Notes: generated by a model not told the origin, from the letters alone. Counted from the stretch's first letter, positions 1 through 11,204 are shown. The stretch: 64,000 nucleotides of DNA from Deltaproteobacteria bacterium (GCA_016927065.1 JAFGNJ010000020.1:10923-74922), one strand, 5' to 3'. Numbers and translations are program-made.

Positions 1-1
1 C

Positions 2-1372
2 GAGCGCATCCCTGAACGGGTGGTGCACGCCAAGGGGGCGGGGGCACACGGTTACTTTGAGGTCACCGCTGACGTCACAAAGTACACCAAGGCGAAGTTT
101 CTCTCCGAGGTCGGGAAACGCACCGAGGTATTTGCCCGGTTCTCTACTGTCGGCGGCGAAAAAGGATCGGCCGATGCCGAACGTGATCCGCGCGGATTTG
201 CGCTGAAGTTTTATACCGAGGAGGGCAATTACGACATGACGGGGAACAATACCCCTGTCTTCTTTATCCGGGACCCGCTGAAGTTCCCCGATTTCATTCA
301 CACACAGAAACGCAACCCCGGCACGAACCTGAAAGACGCAGACATGTTCTGGGATTTCCTCTCACTGACTCCGGAGTCGGTACATCAAGTGACGGTCCTC
401 TTTTCCGATCGCGGCACCCCGAGGACATACCGCCACATGAACGGCTACAGCAGCCACACGTACAAGTGGTACAACACGAAGGGGAATTATTTCTGGGTGC
501 AGTATCATTTTAAAACAGAGCAGGGCATCCAGAATCTCACCCTCGCGGAATCCACCAAGATGAAGGGCGAAGACCCCGACCATGCCACGCGGGATCTGTT
601 CCAGGCCATCGACCGGAAGGAATTCCCCTCTTGGCGGCTGGAAATGCAGATCATGACCCCTGAGCAGGCGGCGGACTATCGTTTTGATCCGTTCGATATC
701 ACCAAGGTCTGGTTCCACGCGGATGTTCCACCCATTACAATAGGCCGCATGGTGCTCGACCGTAACCCGGAAAACTACTTCGCCGAGGTCGAGCAAGCGG
801 CGTTCTCCCCGGCTAACTTTGTCCCCGGGATCGCTGCATCACCTGACAAGATGCTCCAGGGGCGCCTCTTTTCATACCACGACACCCATATCCATCGGTT
901 GGGGCCCAATTATCATCTCCTGCCCATCAACCGGCCAAAAGCAGCGCTGAATTACTATCAGCGTGACGGGTTTATGAATTTTAGCGACAACGGCGGAGAT
1001 AGCCCGAACTATTATCCCAACAGCTTCGGTGGCCCTGAACCCGACCCTGATGTCGGTGAACCGCCATTTGAGGTTTCCGGACAGGCGGCGCGTCATCCTT
1101 ATGCCCATCCCAACGACGACTTCTTCCAGGCCGGGGAACTCTATCGCCGGGTGATGACAGATGAGGATCGCGATCATCTTATTGGCAACATCACCTTACA
1201 CCTGGGTAACGCACAGAAACGCATTCAGTTGCGCCAGGCTGCCGTTTTCTATAAGGCTGATCCTGAGTATGGGAGTCGCGTTGCCGAAGGATTGAAGCTT
1301 GATACCAAAGAGGTGAAGCGCCTGGCGGAGATGTCTCAAGAGGATCGGGCCAAAGCAACCCAAGGAACGTGA
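2..1372 (+). CDS. katA: Monofunctional heme catalase (5' end lies before the window)
   Basis: Frame is open from base 2 ([12 protein letters not shown] active-site His motif); [20 protein letters not shown] and proximal heme motif RLFSYHDTH. Confidence 0.97.
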   Translation, partial: ERIPERVVHAKGAGAHGYFEVTADVTKYTKAKFLSEVGKRTEVFARFSTVGGEKGSADAERDPRGFALKFYTEEGNYDMTGNNTPVFFIRDPLKFPDFIHTQKRNPGTNLKDADMFWDFLSLTPESVHQVTVLFSDRGTPRTYRHMNGYSSHTYKWYNTKGNYFWVQYHFKTEQGIQNLTLAESTKMKGEDPDHATRDLFQAIDRKEFPSWRLEMQIMTPEQAADYRFDPFDITKVWFHADVPPITIGRMVLDRNPENYFAEVEQAAFSPANFVPGIAASPDKMLQGRLFSYHDTHIHRLGPNYHLLPINRPKAALNYYQRDGFMNFSDNGGDSPNYYPNSFGGPEPDPDVGEPPFEVSGQAARHPYAHPNDDFFQAGELYRRVMTDEDRDHLIGNITLHLGNAQKRIQLRQAAVFYKADPEYGSRVAEGLKLDTKEVKRLAEMSQEDRAKATQGT

Positions 1373-1464
1373 TTGAACATGCAACAACGTTTTTGCGAGA
1401 CGATGGCTAACAAACTACACCAATAACTTGAAGCGCTAGATATAACCTAACAAGGGGGACGAGT

Positions 1465-1974
1465 ATGGACACGAAAATCTTTCGCAAGATCAGCTACGGC
1501 GTCTACATCGTGACTTCGAGAGATGAAGATCGCATCAACGGACAAACAGCCAATGCGGTGATGCAGGTGTGTTCAAGGCCATCTCTGGTCGCCATCGCCA
1601 TAAACAAGGAGAATCTCACCCATGAGTTCATAACAAAAAGCGGCGTATTTTGCGTCTCGATCCTCTCACAGGATGCCCCCCTGAATCTCATCGGGGGATT
1701 CGGATTCAAGTCAGGGAGAGAGGTGGACAAATTTGACGGCATTCCCTATCGTCTGGGAGCGAATGGCTGTCCCATTATTGCAGAGCACACCGTCGGCTAT
1801 CTAGAGGGAACGGTAACGGGAAAACTCGATGCAGGGACACACACCATCTTTCTGGGGGAGGTAACGGAAGGGAAGCTCCTTAATGACGGAGAGCCGATGA
1901 CCTATGCCTATTACCACCAGGTGAAGCGGGGGACCACACCCGAGACGGCCCCCACCTATATTAGAAAAGAATAA
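1465..1974 (+). CDS. Flavin reductase-like protein (N-terminal domain of high-molecular-weight rubredoxin, Hrb)
   Basis: YGVYIVTS..NGQTANAVMQ..GTHTIFLGEV and the C-terminal YAYYHQVKRGTTP..APTY typical of Hrb. Confidence 0.88.
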   Translation: MDTKIFRKISYGVYIVTSRDEDRINGQTANAVMQVCSRPSLVAIAINKENLTHEFITKSGVFCVSILSQDAPLNLIGGFGFKSGREVDKFDGIPYRLGANGCPIIAEHTVGYLEGTVTGKLDAGTHTIFLGEVTEGKLLNDGEPMTYAYYHQVKRGTTPETAPTYIRKE

Positions 1975-2001
1975 AGAAACAAAAATAAGGAGGGAGAGAA
2001 C

Positions 2002-2163
2002 ATGAAAAAGTACAAGTGTACGGTATGCGGTTATATCTATGATCCTGAAGCGGGAGATGAGGACGGCGGGATCGCTCCGGGAACCCCCTTTGAGGATATT
2101 CCGGACGATTGGGTCTGCCCGGTGTGTGGGGCGAGCAAGGACCAGTTCGAGCCTGAGGAATAG
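2002..2163 (+). CDS. Rubredoxin (53 aa; not in ORF track)
   Basis: [53 protein letters not shown]; two CxxCG motifs; RBS AAGGAGG upstream. Confidence 0.97.
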   Translation: MKKYKCTVCGYIYDPEAGDEDGGIAPGTPFEDIPDDWVCPVCGASKDQFEPEE

Positions 2164-2186
2164 TATAACCGCAACAGAGGAGCGAC

Positions 2187-3365
2187 ATGAAAGTAGAACT
2201 GAAAAAAGGGATCTACTGGGTCGGGGCCATAGACTGGACGATTAGAGATTTCCACGGGTACAGCACTCATAAGGGATCTACCTATAACGCCTATCTCATC
2301 GTGGGTGAAAAGGTGGCTTTGGTGGATACAGTCAAGGCCCCCTTTTTTGAAGAAATGATGGGGCGGATCAGTGAAATCATGCCGCCGGAACGGATAGACT
2401 ACCTGATCGCCAACCACGTGGAGATGGATCATTCGGGCTCTTTACCCCTCTTTAAAAAGGCCCTCCCAAAGGTGGAGGTGTTGTGCAGTCCCAGGGCCAA
2501 GGGGGAATTGAGTCTCCACTATGGCGATGCAATTCCTTTTAAGGTAGTCAAGACAGGGGATATCCTGGATCTCGGGGGGAAAACCTTGACCTTTGTGGAA
2601 ATCCCTATGGTCCACTGGCCGGACTCCATGGCAACCTACGTCAAGGAGGATAAAACGCTCCTGCCCAACGATGCCTTCGGTCAGCACATAGCCTCCGCAG
2701 AGCGGTTTGACGATGAACTGGGATGGGATGCCATCCGCCCTGAGGCGGCGAAGTACTACGCCAACATTGTCATGCCCTACGGCCCACAGGTCCTCAAGGC
2801 CCTGGAAGCATTGCGGGATATCGAGATTGAGGTCATCGGACCGAGCCACGGTGTCATCTGGCGAAAACATATTCCCGAGATCGTAGCGACCTATGAAAAA
2901 TGGGCAAAAGGTGAGACTGAAAAGCGTGCCCTCGTCGTCTACGATACCATGTGGGGATCTACGGAGAAGATGGCACAGGCCATCAACCGGGGGGTTATGG
3001 AGGAAGGGGTGTCGACCAAGTTGTACCGGCTACGCGTCTCGGATAATTCAGACATCGTCCAAGAGCTCCTGGAGAGCCGGGGCCTTGTACTCGGTTCCCC
3101 CACATTAAACAATGGCCTCTTCCCCTCAGTGGCAGAGTTCTCCTGCTATATCAAGGGACTCCGTCCCAAGGGGAGGCTAGCCGCGGTCTTCGGCTCATAC
3201 GGCTGGGGTAAGGGTGCAGCGACCAAGGCCCTCACGACGGACCTCCAGGCCGCGGGTATGGAGGTGATGGAAGAGCTGCAAGTATAATTCGTCCCCCATG
3301 AGGATGCCCTAAAGCACTGCGAGGAATTGGGCCGCCGTGTGGCACAAAGGATACAACAATCGTAA
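2187..3365 (+). CDS. fprA: Flavodiiron protein FprA (rubredoxin:O2/NO reductase), interrupted by an in-frame TAA at 3285-3287
   Basis: Metallo-beta-lactamase motifs NHVEMDHSG, HWPD, NDAFGQH and PSHG, plus a flavodoxin domain (YDTMWGSTEKMA, FGSYGWG); FprA-like C-terminus FVPHEDALKHCEELGRRVAQRI continues in frame to TAA at 3363-3365. Confidence 0.92.
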
Positions 3366-3378
3366 CAAGGAGAGGAAC

Positions 3379-3618
3379 ATGGACATTAAGATATTTACGA
3401 CACCGACGTGACCCTTCTGTCACAAGGCGAAGGAGTTCCTTTCACAACAGGGAGTGAGTTATGAGGAACGTGATGTTACCCAGGACGCGCAGGCCCGGGA
3501 CGAGATGGTTGAGCTTTCGGGCAGGATGGCCGTACCGGTGATCGTCATCGATGGAGAAGTCATCGTAGGTTTTGATCAAAAGACAATTGAGGAAAAATTA
3601 CGAGCACCAGAAAAATAG
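3379..3618 (+). CDS. Glutaredoxin/NrdH-like selenoprotein with a UPFC active site (79 aa; not in ORF track)
   Basis: RBS AAGGAGAGG, ATG at 3379; MDIKIFTTPT-TGA(3409-3411)-PFCHKAKEFL...AVPVIVIDGEVIVGFD...; TGA occupies the first Cys of the CxxC motif; hairpin directly 3' of the TGA. Confidence 0.9.
3412..3454 (+). promoter_or_regulatory. Putative bacterial SECIS element of the selenoglutaredoxin
   Basis: After TGA: lower stem TTCTGT/ACAGGG and upper stem GAAGG-AGTT-CCTTT with a G in the apical loop (folded by eye). Confidence 0.6.
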
Positions 3619-3655
3619 GACGATCCTTGGCTAGAATTAAAGACCGAAGGACACA

Positions 3656-4576
3656 TTGAATACGCACGAGCTCATTATAGTAGGGGCAGGACCGGCAGGC
3701 ATAACCGCTGGGGTCTATGCCGCGCGGAAGCGCATGAAGGTTCTGATGATCGCCGTGGATGTCGGCGGGCAGGCATCGCTAAGCTGGGATGTCGAGAATT
3801 ACCTCGGTTACCAATTCATTACCGGCCCGGAACTTGCCCAGAAATTTAAGGAGCACCTTGATCATTTTGATGTGGAGTTGAGGGAGGGCGAGAAGGCGAC
3901 ATCAGTAGAAAAATCGGGTAACACCGTGAACATCACAACAGATAAGGGGGAATATGCCGCGCAGACGGTAATCGTTGCTTCGGGAAGGAGACCCAGGAAG
4001 CTCGGGGTAGAGGGTGAGGATGAATTTCAGAACAAAGGAATCACATACTGTGCGACCTGTGACGCCCCGCTGTTCGCAGACATGGATGTTGCCGTCATCG
4101 GTGGAGGTAATGCGGCCCTCGATGCCGCAATACAATTAACAAAAATTGCGAAAAAGATATACCTCTTAGAAGTAAAGCCCCAATTGACGGCAGACAGCGT
4201 AATGATAGAAAAGGCCAAGGAAAGCGGCAAGATAGTCTTTAACACCGACACAAAAGTGAAGAAGATCTACGGGGATAAGCTTGTTCAGGGCATAGAAATA
4301 GTCAAGGGTGATACGGTGGAAGATCTCTCTGTCGGCGGCATCTTTGTCGAGATAGGCTCAACACCCGTATCCGATTTCGTCCAAGGGGTAAAGAAAGATG
4401 AGAGGGGAGAAATAATAATCAATTGCAGCTGTGAAACCGATATCCCCGGGATCTTCGCTGCCGGTGATGTCACCAATGTCTTTGCCAAACAGATTATTGT
4501 GGCCTGTGGCGAGGGGGCAAAGGCAGCAATTGCAGCCTTTGATTATGTGAATCGAATGGGAGGAAAAGCAGCATGA
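3656..4576 (+). CDS. trxB: Thioredoxin-disulfide reductase (TrxB/AhpF C-terminal-like)
   Basis: GAGPAG FAD motif, CATCD redox centre, GGGNAA NAD(P)H motif, GIFAAGD. Confidence 0.93.
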   Translation: MNTHELIIVGAGPAGITAGVYAARKRMKVLMIAVDVGGQASLSWDVENYLGYQFITGPELAQKFKEHLDHFDVELREGEKATSVEKSGNTVNITTDKGEYAAQTVIVASGRRPRKLGVEGEDEFQNKGITYCATCDAPLFADMDVAVIGGGNAALDAAIQLTKIAKKIYLLEVKPQLTADSVMIEKAKESGKIVFNTDTKVKKIYGDKLVQGIEIVKGDTVEDLSVGGIFVEIGSTPVSDFVQGVKKDERGEIIINCSCETDIPGIFAAGDVTNVFAKQIIVACGEGAKAAIAAFDYVNRMGGKAA

Positions 4577-4627
4577 CGTATTCCCCATAACGGGGATAGA
4601 TAAAAAACAAATGAAGGAGGAATTATC

Positions 4628-5005
4628 ATGACTGAGAGGCTCCAGGTCTATAAGTGCGAGGTGTGCGGCAACATCGTGGAGGTCCTGCATGAAGGAGTAG
4701 GTGAGCTCGTGTGCTGCGGTCAGCCCATGAAGCTTCTGGAGGCAAATACCGTGGACGCGGCCAAAGAAAAGCATGTGCCGGTGATAGAAAAGACCGCCAC
4801 TGGTGTCAAAGTAAAAGTGGGAAGCGCCCCCCACCCCATGGAGGAAAAGCACTATATCGAATGGATCGAGATCATAGCGGACGGCAAGGCCTACCGCCAA
4901 TTTTTGAAACCGGGGGATGCGCCCGAGGCCACGTTTGACATCCAGGCGAATAAGATCGAGGCTCGCGAGCACTGCAATATACACGGGTTGTGGAAGGCCC
5001 TGTAA
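4628..5005 (+). CDS. dfx: Desulfoferrodoxin (superoxide reductase)
   Basis: CEVCGN..CCGQPM desulforedoxin domain; EKHVP, HPM..HYIEWI and CNIHGLW. Confidence 0.97.
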   Translation: MTERLQVYKCEVCGNIVEVLHEGVGELVCCGQPMKLLEANTVDAAKEKHVPVIEKTATGVKVKVGSAPHPMEEKHYIEWIEIIADGKAYRQFLKPGDAPEATFDIQANKIEAREHCNIHGLWKAL

Positions 5006-5020
5006 GGCCATATCTGTCCA

Positions 5021-6715
5021 ATGGATGATCCGCACCGGCGTGTCTTAAACATCCTCATCGGCGGAGAGGCGGGGCAGGGGCTCGTAACGGTCGGGCAAAT
5101 ACTCGCCAAGGGTCTTGTGCGCAGCGGCTATTACATCTGCGTAACCCAGGACTATCAATCGCGGATCAGGGGCGGGCACAATACCTTCGCCATCAGGGTA
5201 GGAGTTGATGAGGTCAAGGCACCGCAGGAGGCCGTTGATCTGTTGGTCGCTCTCACCGCGGAAACCGTGGAACTTCATAGGGACCAGGTATCAGAGGGTG
5301 GACTCATCGTCATCGATGAAGCCCTACAGATAAAAGGCAATAGCACCCTAACGGTACCCTTCAGCCAGCTGGCCACAGACCAGCATACGAACATCGCCGC
5401 CCTGGGTGTGTGCACTGCCCTCCTCGGTCTCGACAAAAAGATCGTTGACCAGACCGTGACCGATTTCTTTGGCAAGGCCCATCCTGACGTTATTGGAGAA
5501 AACAAGAGAGTCCTAGGGGACTCATATCGCTGGGCTGCTGGGCAATCAGCAACCTTCGCACAACTACCCCCCATTGCCACACCATCTGAGCGATTGATGA
5601 TGAACGGGAACGAGGCCATTGCCCTGGGGGCCGTGACGGGGGGTGTGAAATTCTGCGCCTTCTATCCCATGACGCCCGCCACCTCCATCGCCTTAAACCT
5701 GGCAGGGTGGGCATCCAAGATGGGTCTGGTCGTTGAGCAGGCCGAAGACGAGATCGCAGCCATCAACATGGCCTTAGGCGCCGCCTTTGCCGGGGCGCCG
5801 AGCATGGTGGCCACATCCGGCGGCGGCTTCGCCCTCATGATAGAAGGGGTAAGCCTGGCAGCCATGACTGAAACCCCCGTGGTCATCGTCATAGCCCAGC
5901 GCCCGGCGCCGGCCACCGGCCTCCCCACCCGCACCGAGCAGGCCGATCTGGAACTTGTTCTGCATGCCGGTCACGGCGAGTTCCCGCGGGCCATCTTTGC
6001 ACCCGGCTCCATTGAACAATGCTTTGAGCTGACCCAGAAGGCCTTGCAGGTAGCCGATCGGTATCAAGGTCCGGTCTTTATCTTGACGGACCAGTACCTT
6101 GCCGATTCCTACCGGGCAATCGTCCCTTTTGACCTCGATGGGATAACGCCGGTTCAGCCGTGGTCCACAGAAGGGCTGAAGTTCGCTACACCCTATCGCA
6201 GGTTCGCAATGACGGACAGCGGCGTCTCCCCCCGACTCCTGCCGGGTCTCACAGAGCACCTCGTGGTGGCAGACAGCGATGAGCATACTGAGGATGGCCA
6301 TATCACGGAAGACCTAGGGGTGCGCACGAGAATGGTCCAGAAGCGCCTTAAAAAGGAAGCGGGGATCCGCGGGGAGGTCATCCCGCCTAAACTGCAGGGA
6401 GAGGGAAGACCTGATTTGTTGCTCGTCTGCTGGGGATCGAGCAAGGGAGCGGTTGAGGAGGCGGCAGAACAGCTGAGGTCGACAGGTACAAAGGCGGCCA
6501 CGCTCCACTTCCCCCAGGTCTGGCCTCTGGTACCGGAGCACTTTATGAATTTATTACAAGAGGCCAAAGAGGTGGTCGGGGTGGAGGGGAATGCTACCGG
6601 GCAGTTCGCAAGACTGATCCGGCGGGAGACCGGGTTCCATATCGAGAAGCGCATACTGCGCTATGACGGGCTTTCCATGACCCCGGAGTTCATCCTCCGG
6701 GCGCTGAACCCGTAA
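5021..6715 (+). CDS. korA: 2-oxoacid:ferredoxin oxidoreductase alpha subunit (gamma-alpha fusion)
   Basis: GGEAGQG, SRIRGGHN, YPMTPAT, EDEIAA, ATSGGGF, TGLPTRTEQ. Confidence 0.92.
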   Translation: MDDPHRRVLNILIGGEAGQGLVTVGQILAKGLVRSGYYICVTQDYQSRIRGGHNTFAIRVGVDEVKAPQEAVDLLVALTAETVELHRDQVSEGGLIVIDEALQIKGNSTLTVPFSQLATDQHTNIAALGVCTALLGLDKKIVDQTVTDFFGKAHPDVIGENKRVLGDSYRWAAGQSATFAQLPPIATPSERLMMNGNEAIALGAVTGGVKFCAFYPMTPATSIALNLAGWASKMGLVVEQAEDEIAAINMALGAAFAGAPSMVATSGGGFALMIEGVSLAAMTETPVVIVIAQRPAPATGLPTRTEQADLELVLHAGHGEFPRAIFAPGSIEQCFELTQKALQVADRYQGPVFILTDQYLADSYRAIVPFDLDGITPVQPWSTEGLKFATPYRRFAMTDSGVSPRLLPGLTEHLVVADSDEHTEDGHITEDLGVRTRMVQKRLKKEAGIRGEVIPPKLQGEGRPDLLLVCWGSSKGAVEEAAEQLRSTGTKAATLHFPQVWPLVPEHFMNLLQEAKEVVGVEGNATGQFARLIRRETGFHIEKRILRYDGLSMTPEFILRALNP

Positions 6716-6731
6716 CAAAGGATATAATGCA

Positions 6732-7574
6732 ATGGTAACACTTAAAGACTATGGCCAGTATGAGACAGCCTGGTGCCCTGGTTGCGGAAACTTCTCCATC
6801 CTGGAGGCGGCAAAGAAGGCATTAGTGGCGAGCAAACTGGAACCCCACCAATGCCTCTTCGTCTCAGGCATCGGCCAGGCCGCCAAGGCGCCCCACTACC
6901 TTAATGCTAACTGCTTTAACGGCCTGCACGGCCGATCGCTCCCCGTTGCAACCGGGGCAAAGCTCACCAACCCTGACCTTACGGTGATCGTCGAAAGTGG
7001 CGACGGCTGTAACTATGGGGAGGGAGGAAATCATTTTTTAGCGGCCATCAGACGCAACATCGACGTGACCATGCTAGTGCATAACAATCAGATCTACGGG
7101 CTTACCAAGGGGCAGGCCAGTCCGACCACGGCCGAGAATTTTGTTACCAAGGCCCAGCCGGAGGGGGTATTCTCAGCCCCTTTCAACCCCATCGCCGTCG
7201 CGGTGGCCATGGGTGCCGGTTTTGTCGCCAGGGGGTTCAGCGGCATGGTCGACCATCTTGCGGATCTGATCCAGGGGGGCATTGCCCATCAGGGGTTCGC
7301 CCTCATCGACATCTTGCAGCCCTGTGTCTCGTTCAACAAGGTCAACACCTTCGCCTGGTACAAGGAGCGATGCTACCCCTTGCCCACGGAATATGATCCT
7401 ACGAACTGGGAGGCTGCGATGAAACAGACCACGGAGTGGGGGGAAAAGATCCCCCTCGGGGTCATCTATCGCAACGCGAGACCTTCTTTGGGGGAACGCG
7501 TGGGCCGCGGGCGATTGGTGGGGAAAGAAACCGATAGAGGCGTGATCGAAAAGATCATGCAAGGTTTTCGCTGA
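6732..7574 (+). CDS. korB: 2-oxoacid:ferredoxin oxidoreductase beta subunit
   Basis: WCPGCGN, LHGR, TPP-binding GDG...NNQIYGLTKGQ, QPCVSFN. Confidence 0.93.
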   Translation: MVTLKDYGQYETAWCPGCGNFSILEAAKKALVASKLEPHQCLFVSGIGQAAKAPHYLNANCFNGLHGRSLPVATGAKLTNPDLTVIVESGDGCNYGEGGNHFLAAIRRNIDVTMLVHNNQIYGLTKGQASPTTAENFVTKAQPEGVFSAPFNPIAVAVAMGAGFVARGFSGMVDHLADLIQGGIAHQGFALIDILQPCVSFNKVNTFAWYKERCYPLPTEYDPTNWEAAMKQTTEWGEKIPLGVIYRNARPSLGERVGRGRLVGKETDRGVIEKIMQGFR

Positions 7575-7615
7575 TATACGAAAAGACCCCTTGCAGAGAA
7601 TCGAGACACTAGAAC

Positions 7616-9706
7616 ATGAGTGCCGGGCAGCCTAACAAGCTTATATCCGAAAAGAGCCCCTATCTCCTCCAACATGCCCACAACCCCGTTGATTGGCATC
7701 CGTGGGGAACAGAGGCCTTTGAGCGAGCGCGAAAGGAGGACAAGCCCATCTTTCTCTCCATCGGCTACTCCACCTGCCACTGGTGCCACGTGATGGAAGA
7801 GGAGTCCTTTGAGGACCCCGAGGTCGCCCAGTTGATGAACCAGACCTTCGTCTCTATCAAGGTCGATAGAGAGGAGCGGCCCGACATAGACAATATCTAC
7901 ATGACCGTCTGCCAGATGATGACCGGCAGAGGGGGGTGGCCCATGACCATCATCATGACGGCGGATAAGAAGCCATTCTTTGCAACCACCTACATCCCCA
8001 AGGAGACCAGGTTCGGCCAAACAGGGATGAAGGAACTCATACCCGCCATCCGGGCGTTGTGGGAAGGGCGAAGGGAGGATCTGTTCACCTCAGCCGAGCA
8101 GATCGCCGGCGCCCTCAACCAGATAGCAAGCGAATCACCGAGCTCGCCGGGAGGAGAGCTGGGAGAGGGCGTTTTGAAGACGGCTTACGACCAACTCTCC
8201 CAAAATTTCGATACGCAACACGGGGGTTTTGGGACGGCGCCGAAGTTTCCCACGCCCCACACCCTGATGTTTCTGCTCCGATACTGGCGGCGCACCGGCG
8301 ATAAGCAGGCCTTAGAGATGGTGGAGAAGACCATCCAGGAGATGAGGCTGGGAGGCATCTACGACCACGTGGGGTTCGGCTTCCACCGCTACTCCACCGA
8401 CAGCCGGTGGTTCCTCCCCCACTTCGAAAAGATGCTCTATGACCAGGCCTTGCTCGCCATGGCCTACACCGAGGCCTATCAGGCAACCGCTGGCACGGAG
8501 GCATACGAACAAACGGCACGGGAGATCTTCTCTTATGTCCTGCGTGATATGATTGATTCGAAGGGAGGTTTTTACTCTGCCGAAGATGCGGACAGCGAGG
8601 GGGAGGAGGGCAAATTTTACCTCTGGACCCAAAAGGAGGTCAAAAGCATACTCTCTCCGGAAGAGGCACAATTGGTTATCTCCGTCTTCAATATTGAAAA
8701 GGAAGGGAATTTTGCGGAAGAGGCGACCGGGAGGAAGACCGGAGGTAATATTCTCTATTTGAAAAAGCTACTCCAGAAGATCGTCCCGGACGGTCTCGGT
8801 CAAACGTTAGAAGAAGCGCGGGCAAAGCTCTTCGACGCACGGGAGAAGCGCGGGCATCCCCATAAAGACGATAAGATCCTCACTGATTGGAATGGTCTGA
8901 TGATAGCGGCATTTGCCAAGGGGGCACAGGTATTTGCTGAACCCCGCTACGAAGAAGCCGCGAGGCGCGCAGCGGATTTTATCCTGGGCACCATGGTCGA
9001 CGCAAAGGGGCGGCTCTATCATCGCTATCGGGATGGTGATCCCGCAATAGCGGGATTTCTGGATGACTACGCCTTTTTGACCTGGGGGCTCATAGAGTTG
9101 TATGAAGCGACCTTCGCAACGAGCTATCTGGAAAGCGCCCTTGATCTCAACACCATGATGCTGCAACATTTCTGGGATGGGGAGCAGGGCGGATTCTATT
9201 TTACTGCGGACGACGCCGATACAATCTTGACACGAAAGAAGGAGGTCTACGACGGTGCCGTCCCCTCGGGAAACTCGGTAGCCATGCTCAATCTCCTGCG
9301 CCTGGCGCGCCTGACAGCCAACCCGGAGTTGGATGAGAAGGCTGCCCAGATCTCCCACGCATGTTCTCCCCTAGTCTCCCAATCGCCAGGTGCCTATACC
9401 CAATGGATGGTCGCCCTCGATTTTGCACGAGGACTCTCTTATGAAGTCGTCATCGTCGGCGATCCCCAGGCAGATGATACAACGGCCATGCTGAAGGTCC
9501 TCAGAAAGGCCTTTGTGCCGAATAAGGCGGCCATCTTACGCCCCACGAGTGAGGAAGACCCCGACATCACCCACTTGGCTGAATTTACCAAGGGTCTTTC
9601 CAGTCTCAATAACAAGGCCACGGCATATGTGTGCAGGAACTTTCGATGTGAGCTTCCCACAACGGAGCCACAGCAGATGTTGAGACTGTTGGAGGGAGAC
9701 GGATGA
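7616..9706 (+). CDS. YyaL/SSP411 family thioredoxin-domain protein (DUF255)
   Basis: [44 protein letters not shown]. Confidence 0.93.
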   Translation: MSAGQPNKLISEKSPYLLQHAHNPVDWHPWGTEAFERARKEDKPIFLSIGYSTCHWCHVMEEESFEDPEVAQLMNQTFVSIKVDREERPDIDNIYMTVCQMMTGRGGWPMTIIMTADKKPFFATTYIPKETRFGQTGMKELIPAIRALWEGRREDLFTSAEQIAGALNQIASESPSSPGGELGEGVLKTAYDQLSQNFDTQHGGFGTAPKFPTPHTLMFLLRYWRRTGDKQALEMVEKTIQEMRLGGIYDHVGFGFHRYSTDSRWFLPHFEKMLYDQALLAMAYTEAYQATAGTEAYEQTAREIFSYVLRDMIDSKGGFYSAEDADSEGEEGKFYLWTQKEVKSILSPEEAQLVISVFNIEKEGNFAEEATGRKTGGNILYLKKLLQKIVPDGLGQTLEEARAKLFDAREKRGHPHKDDKILTDWNGLMIAAFAKGAQVFAEPRYEEAARRAADFILGTMVDAKGRLYHRYRDGDPAIAGFLDDYAFLTWGLIELYEATFATSYLESALDLNTMMLQHFWDGEQGGFYFTADDADTILTRKKEVYDGAVPSGNSVAMLNLLRLARLTANPELDEKAAQISHACSPLVSQSPGAYTQWMVALDFARGLSYEVVIVGDPQADDTTAMLKVLRKAFVPNKAAILRPTSEEDPDITHLAEFTKGLSSLNNKATAYVCRNFRCELPTTEPQQMLRLLEGDG

Positions 9707-10449
9707 AGTCACCAAAAGAAAAAATCGGCGAACGGTTCCAGCAAGAGACCAAATACGACCCGGAGAGGATGGATGGGCATACCCTCGACTGGAGCAGGCA
9801 GCCCAAGCCATTTAAGGATTATAAGGCCCCCCTCGCCATCGTCCCCCTCCCTGAGCCCGACCTCACCGGCGACCCCCATCTCTGGCAACTCCTCTATAGC
9901 CGCAGATCGAGGAGAGAATATGACGCGGGTCGATCCTTAACAACCGAAAAGCTCTCCGCACTCTTCTGGGCAGCGCAGGGTATCACGGCCAGATACGGAG
10001 AGGTCCTCTTCAGAACAGCGCCCTCTGCCGGTGGGCTCTATCCTGTGGAGACCTATCTCTTGGTGAGGATGGTCGAAGGGCTTGAGCAGGGTATTTATCA
10101 CTTCAGGCCCCAGGCCTTTGATCTCGAATTCCTGCAGAAGGGCGACCTTGCACGTGACCTGTCCGAGGCCGCCCTCGGACAGCAGCTGGTGATGGCGGCC
10201 CAGGTGACCTTTATCTGGACCGCGGTGGTGGAACGGTCCCGGTGGAAATACCGACAAAGGGCCTATCGGTACATCTACCTCGACGCGGGCCACATAGGGG
10301 AGAACCTCTACCTGGCTGCCGGCGCCCTCGGGCTGGGGTGCTGTGCTATCGGGGCCTTCTATGATGACAAGGTAAATACTATCATAGGGGTCGATGGGAT
10401 CGAAGAGGCGGCCATCTACATGGCTACGGTTGGGTGGCCGCAAGAATAA
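9703..10449 (+). CDS. SagB/ThcOx-family nitroreductase-like protein
   Basis: [36 protein letters not shown]. Confidence 0.88.
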   Translation: MKSPKEKIGERFQQETKYDPERMDGHTLDWSRQPKPFKDYKAPLAIVPLPEPDLTGDPHLWQLLYSRRSRREYDAGRSLTTEKLSALFWAAQGITARYGEVLFRTAPSAGGLYPVETYLLVRMVEGLEQGIYHFRPQAFDLEFLQKGDLARDLSEAALGQQLVMAAQVTFIWTAVVERSRWKYRQRAYRYIYLDAGHIGENLYLAAGALGLGCCAIGAFYDDKVNTIIGVDGIEEAAIYMATVGWPQE

Positions 10450-10550
10450 TCATGTCATGCATACTGGATATAACGTATAATTGTTGTTATTATAATGGTG
10501 TACGCCCCATGATTTCTTCGCCATCAACGAACATTGAAATTTCCTTCTTA

Positions 10551-10583
10551 CCCCCCTTAGAAAAGGGGGGATGGGGGGATTTG
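10551..10583. repeat. REP-like palindrome CCCCCCTT-AGAA-AAGGGGGG with GGGGGGATTT tail
   Basis: Perfect 8-bp stem in an intergenic region. Confidence 0.5.
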
Positions 10584-10615
10584 AAATCTATTATATTTAA
10601 TAAAGGGAGGAAGAT

Positions 10616-11191
10616 ATGATGAAAAAAAGGGTGCTGTTATTCGTTGCTCTTGCCGTCTGCCTTGTTGCGCTTAATGGTGTACTTGTGGCCGCTGAGGAAT
10701 CGACGATCACTGGCACAGTCCTCGCGCCGATAAAACTTCCCGTTCCCCAAGATCCCACAGCCAAAAACTACCTGGGGCTTACCGAAGAAGGATCGTTCGC
10801 TCTATCGCAGATCAAGGCCCAGGTGGTTATGATTGAAATCTTCAATATGTACTGCAACAACTGTCAGCGGGAGGCACCACGCGTAAATGAGCTCTATCAA
10901 CTGATGAACAAGGATCCAAAGCTAAAGGGGAAGATCAAAATGATAGGAATCGGTGTAGGGAATACCCCCCTTGAGGTCGAGGTATTCAAGAAGACCTACA
11001 AGGTCGCCTTTCCCCTTTTCCCCGACGCGGATTATGCCATCCACAAGATATGCGGCGAGGTGAGGACACCGTATTTCATCGGCGTAAAGATCAAGACAGA
11101 CGGGTCACTCAGAGTTTTTTATACCAAAGAGGGTGGTTTCCAAGACCCCGCCCAATTTCTAAAAATAATAGTTGCTTTATCAGGACTCTAA
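10616..11191 (+). CDS. Exported TlpA/redoxin-family thiol-disulfide oxidoreductase
   Basis: Signal peptide; CNNC motif in FNMYCNNCQREAP; cis-Pro loop VRTPYF. Confidence 0.82.
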   Translation: MMKKRVLLFVALAVCLVALNGVLVAAEESTITGTVLAPIKLPVPQDPTAKNYLGLTEEGSFALSQIKAQVVMIEIFNMYCNNCQREAPRVNELYQLMNKDPKLKGKIKMIGIGVGNTPLEVEVFKKTYKVAFPLFPDADYAIHKICGEVRTPYFIGVKIKTDGSLRVFYTKEGGFQDPAQFLKIIVALSGL

Positions 11192-11204
11192 GGAGGGCTA
11201 CATC

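Noticed and set aside
2039..2245. 68-aa ORF from the ORF track
   Set aside because: Overlaps the true rubredoxin (2002-2163) in another frame
1972..3287. TAA reassignment or genome-wide ochre readthrough, suggested by two in-frame TAAs in neighbouring genes
   Set aside because: TAA ends many complete proteins here at their expected C-termini (dfx, korA, M50 protease), and long conserved genes contain no internal TAA
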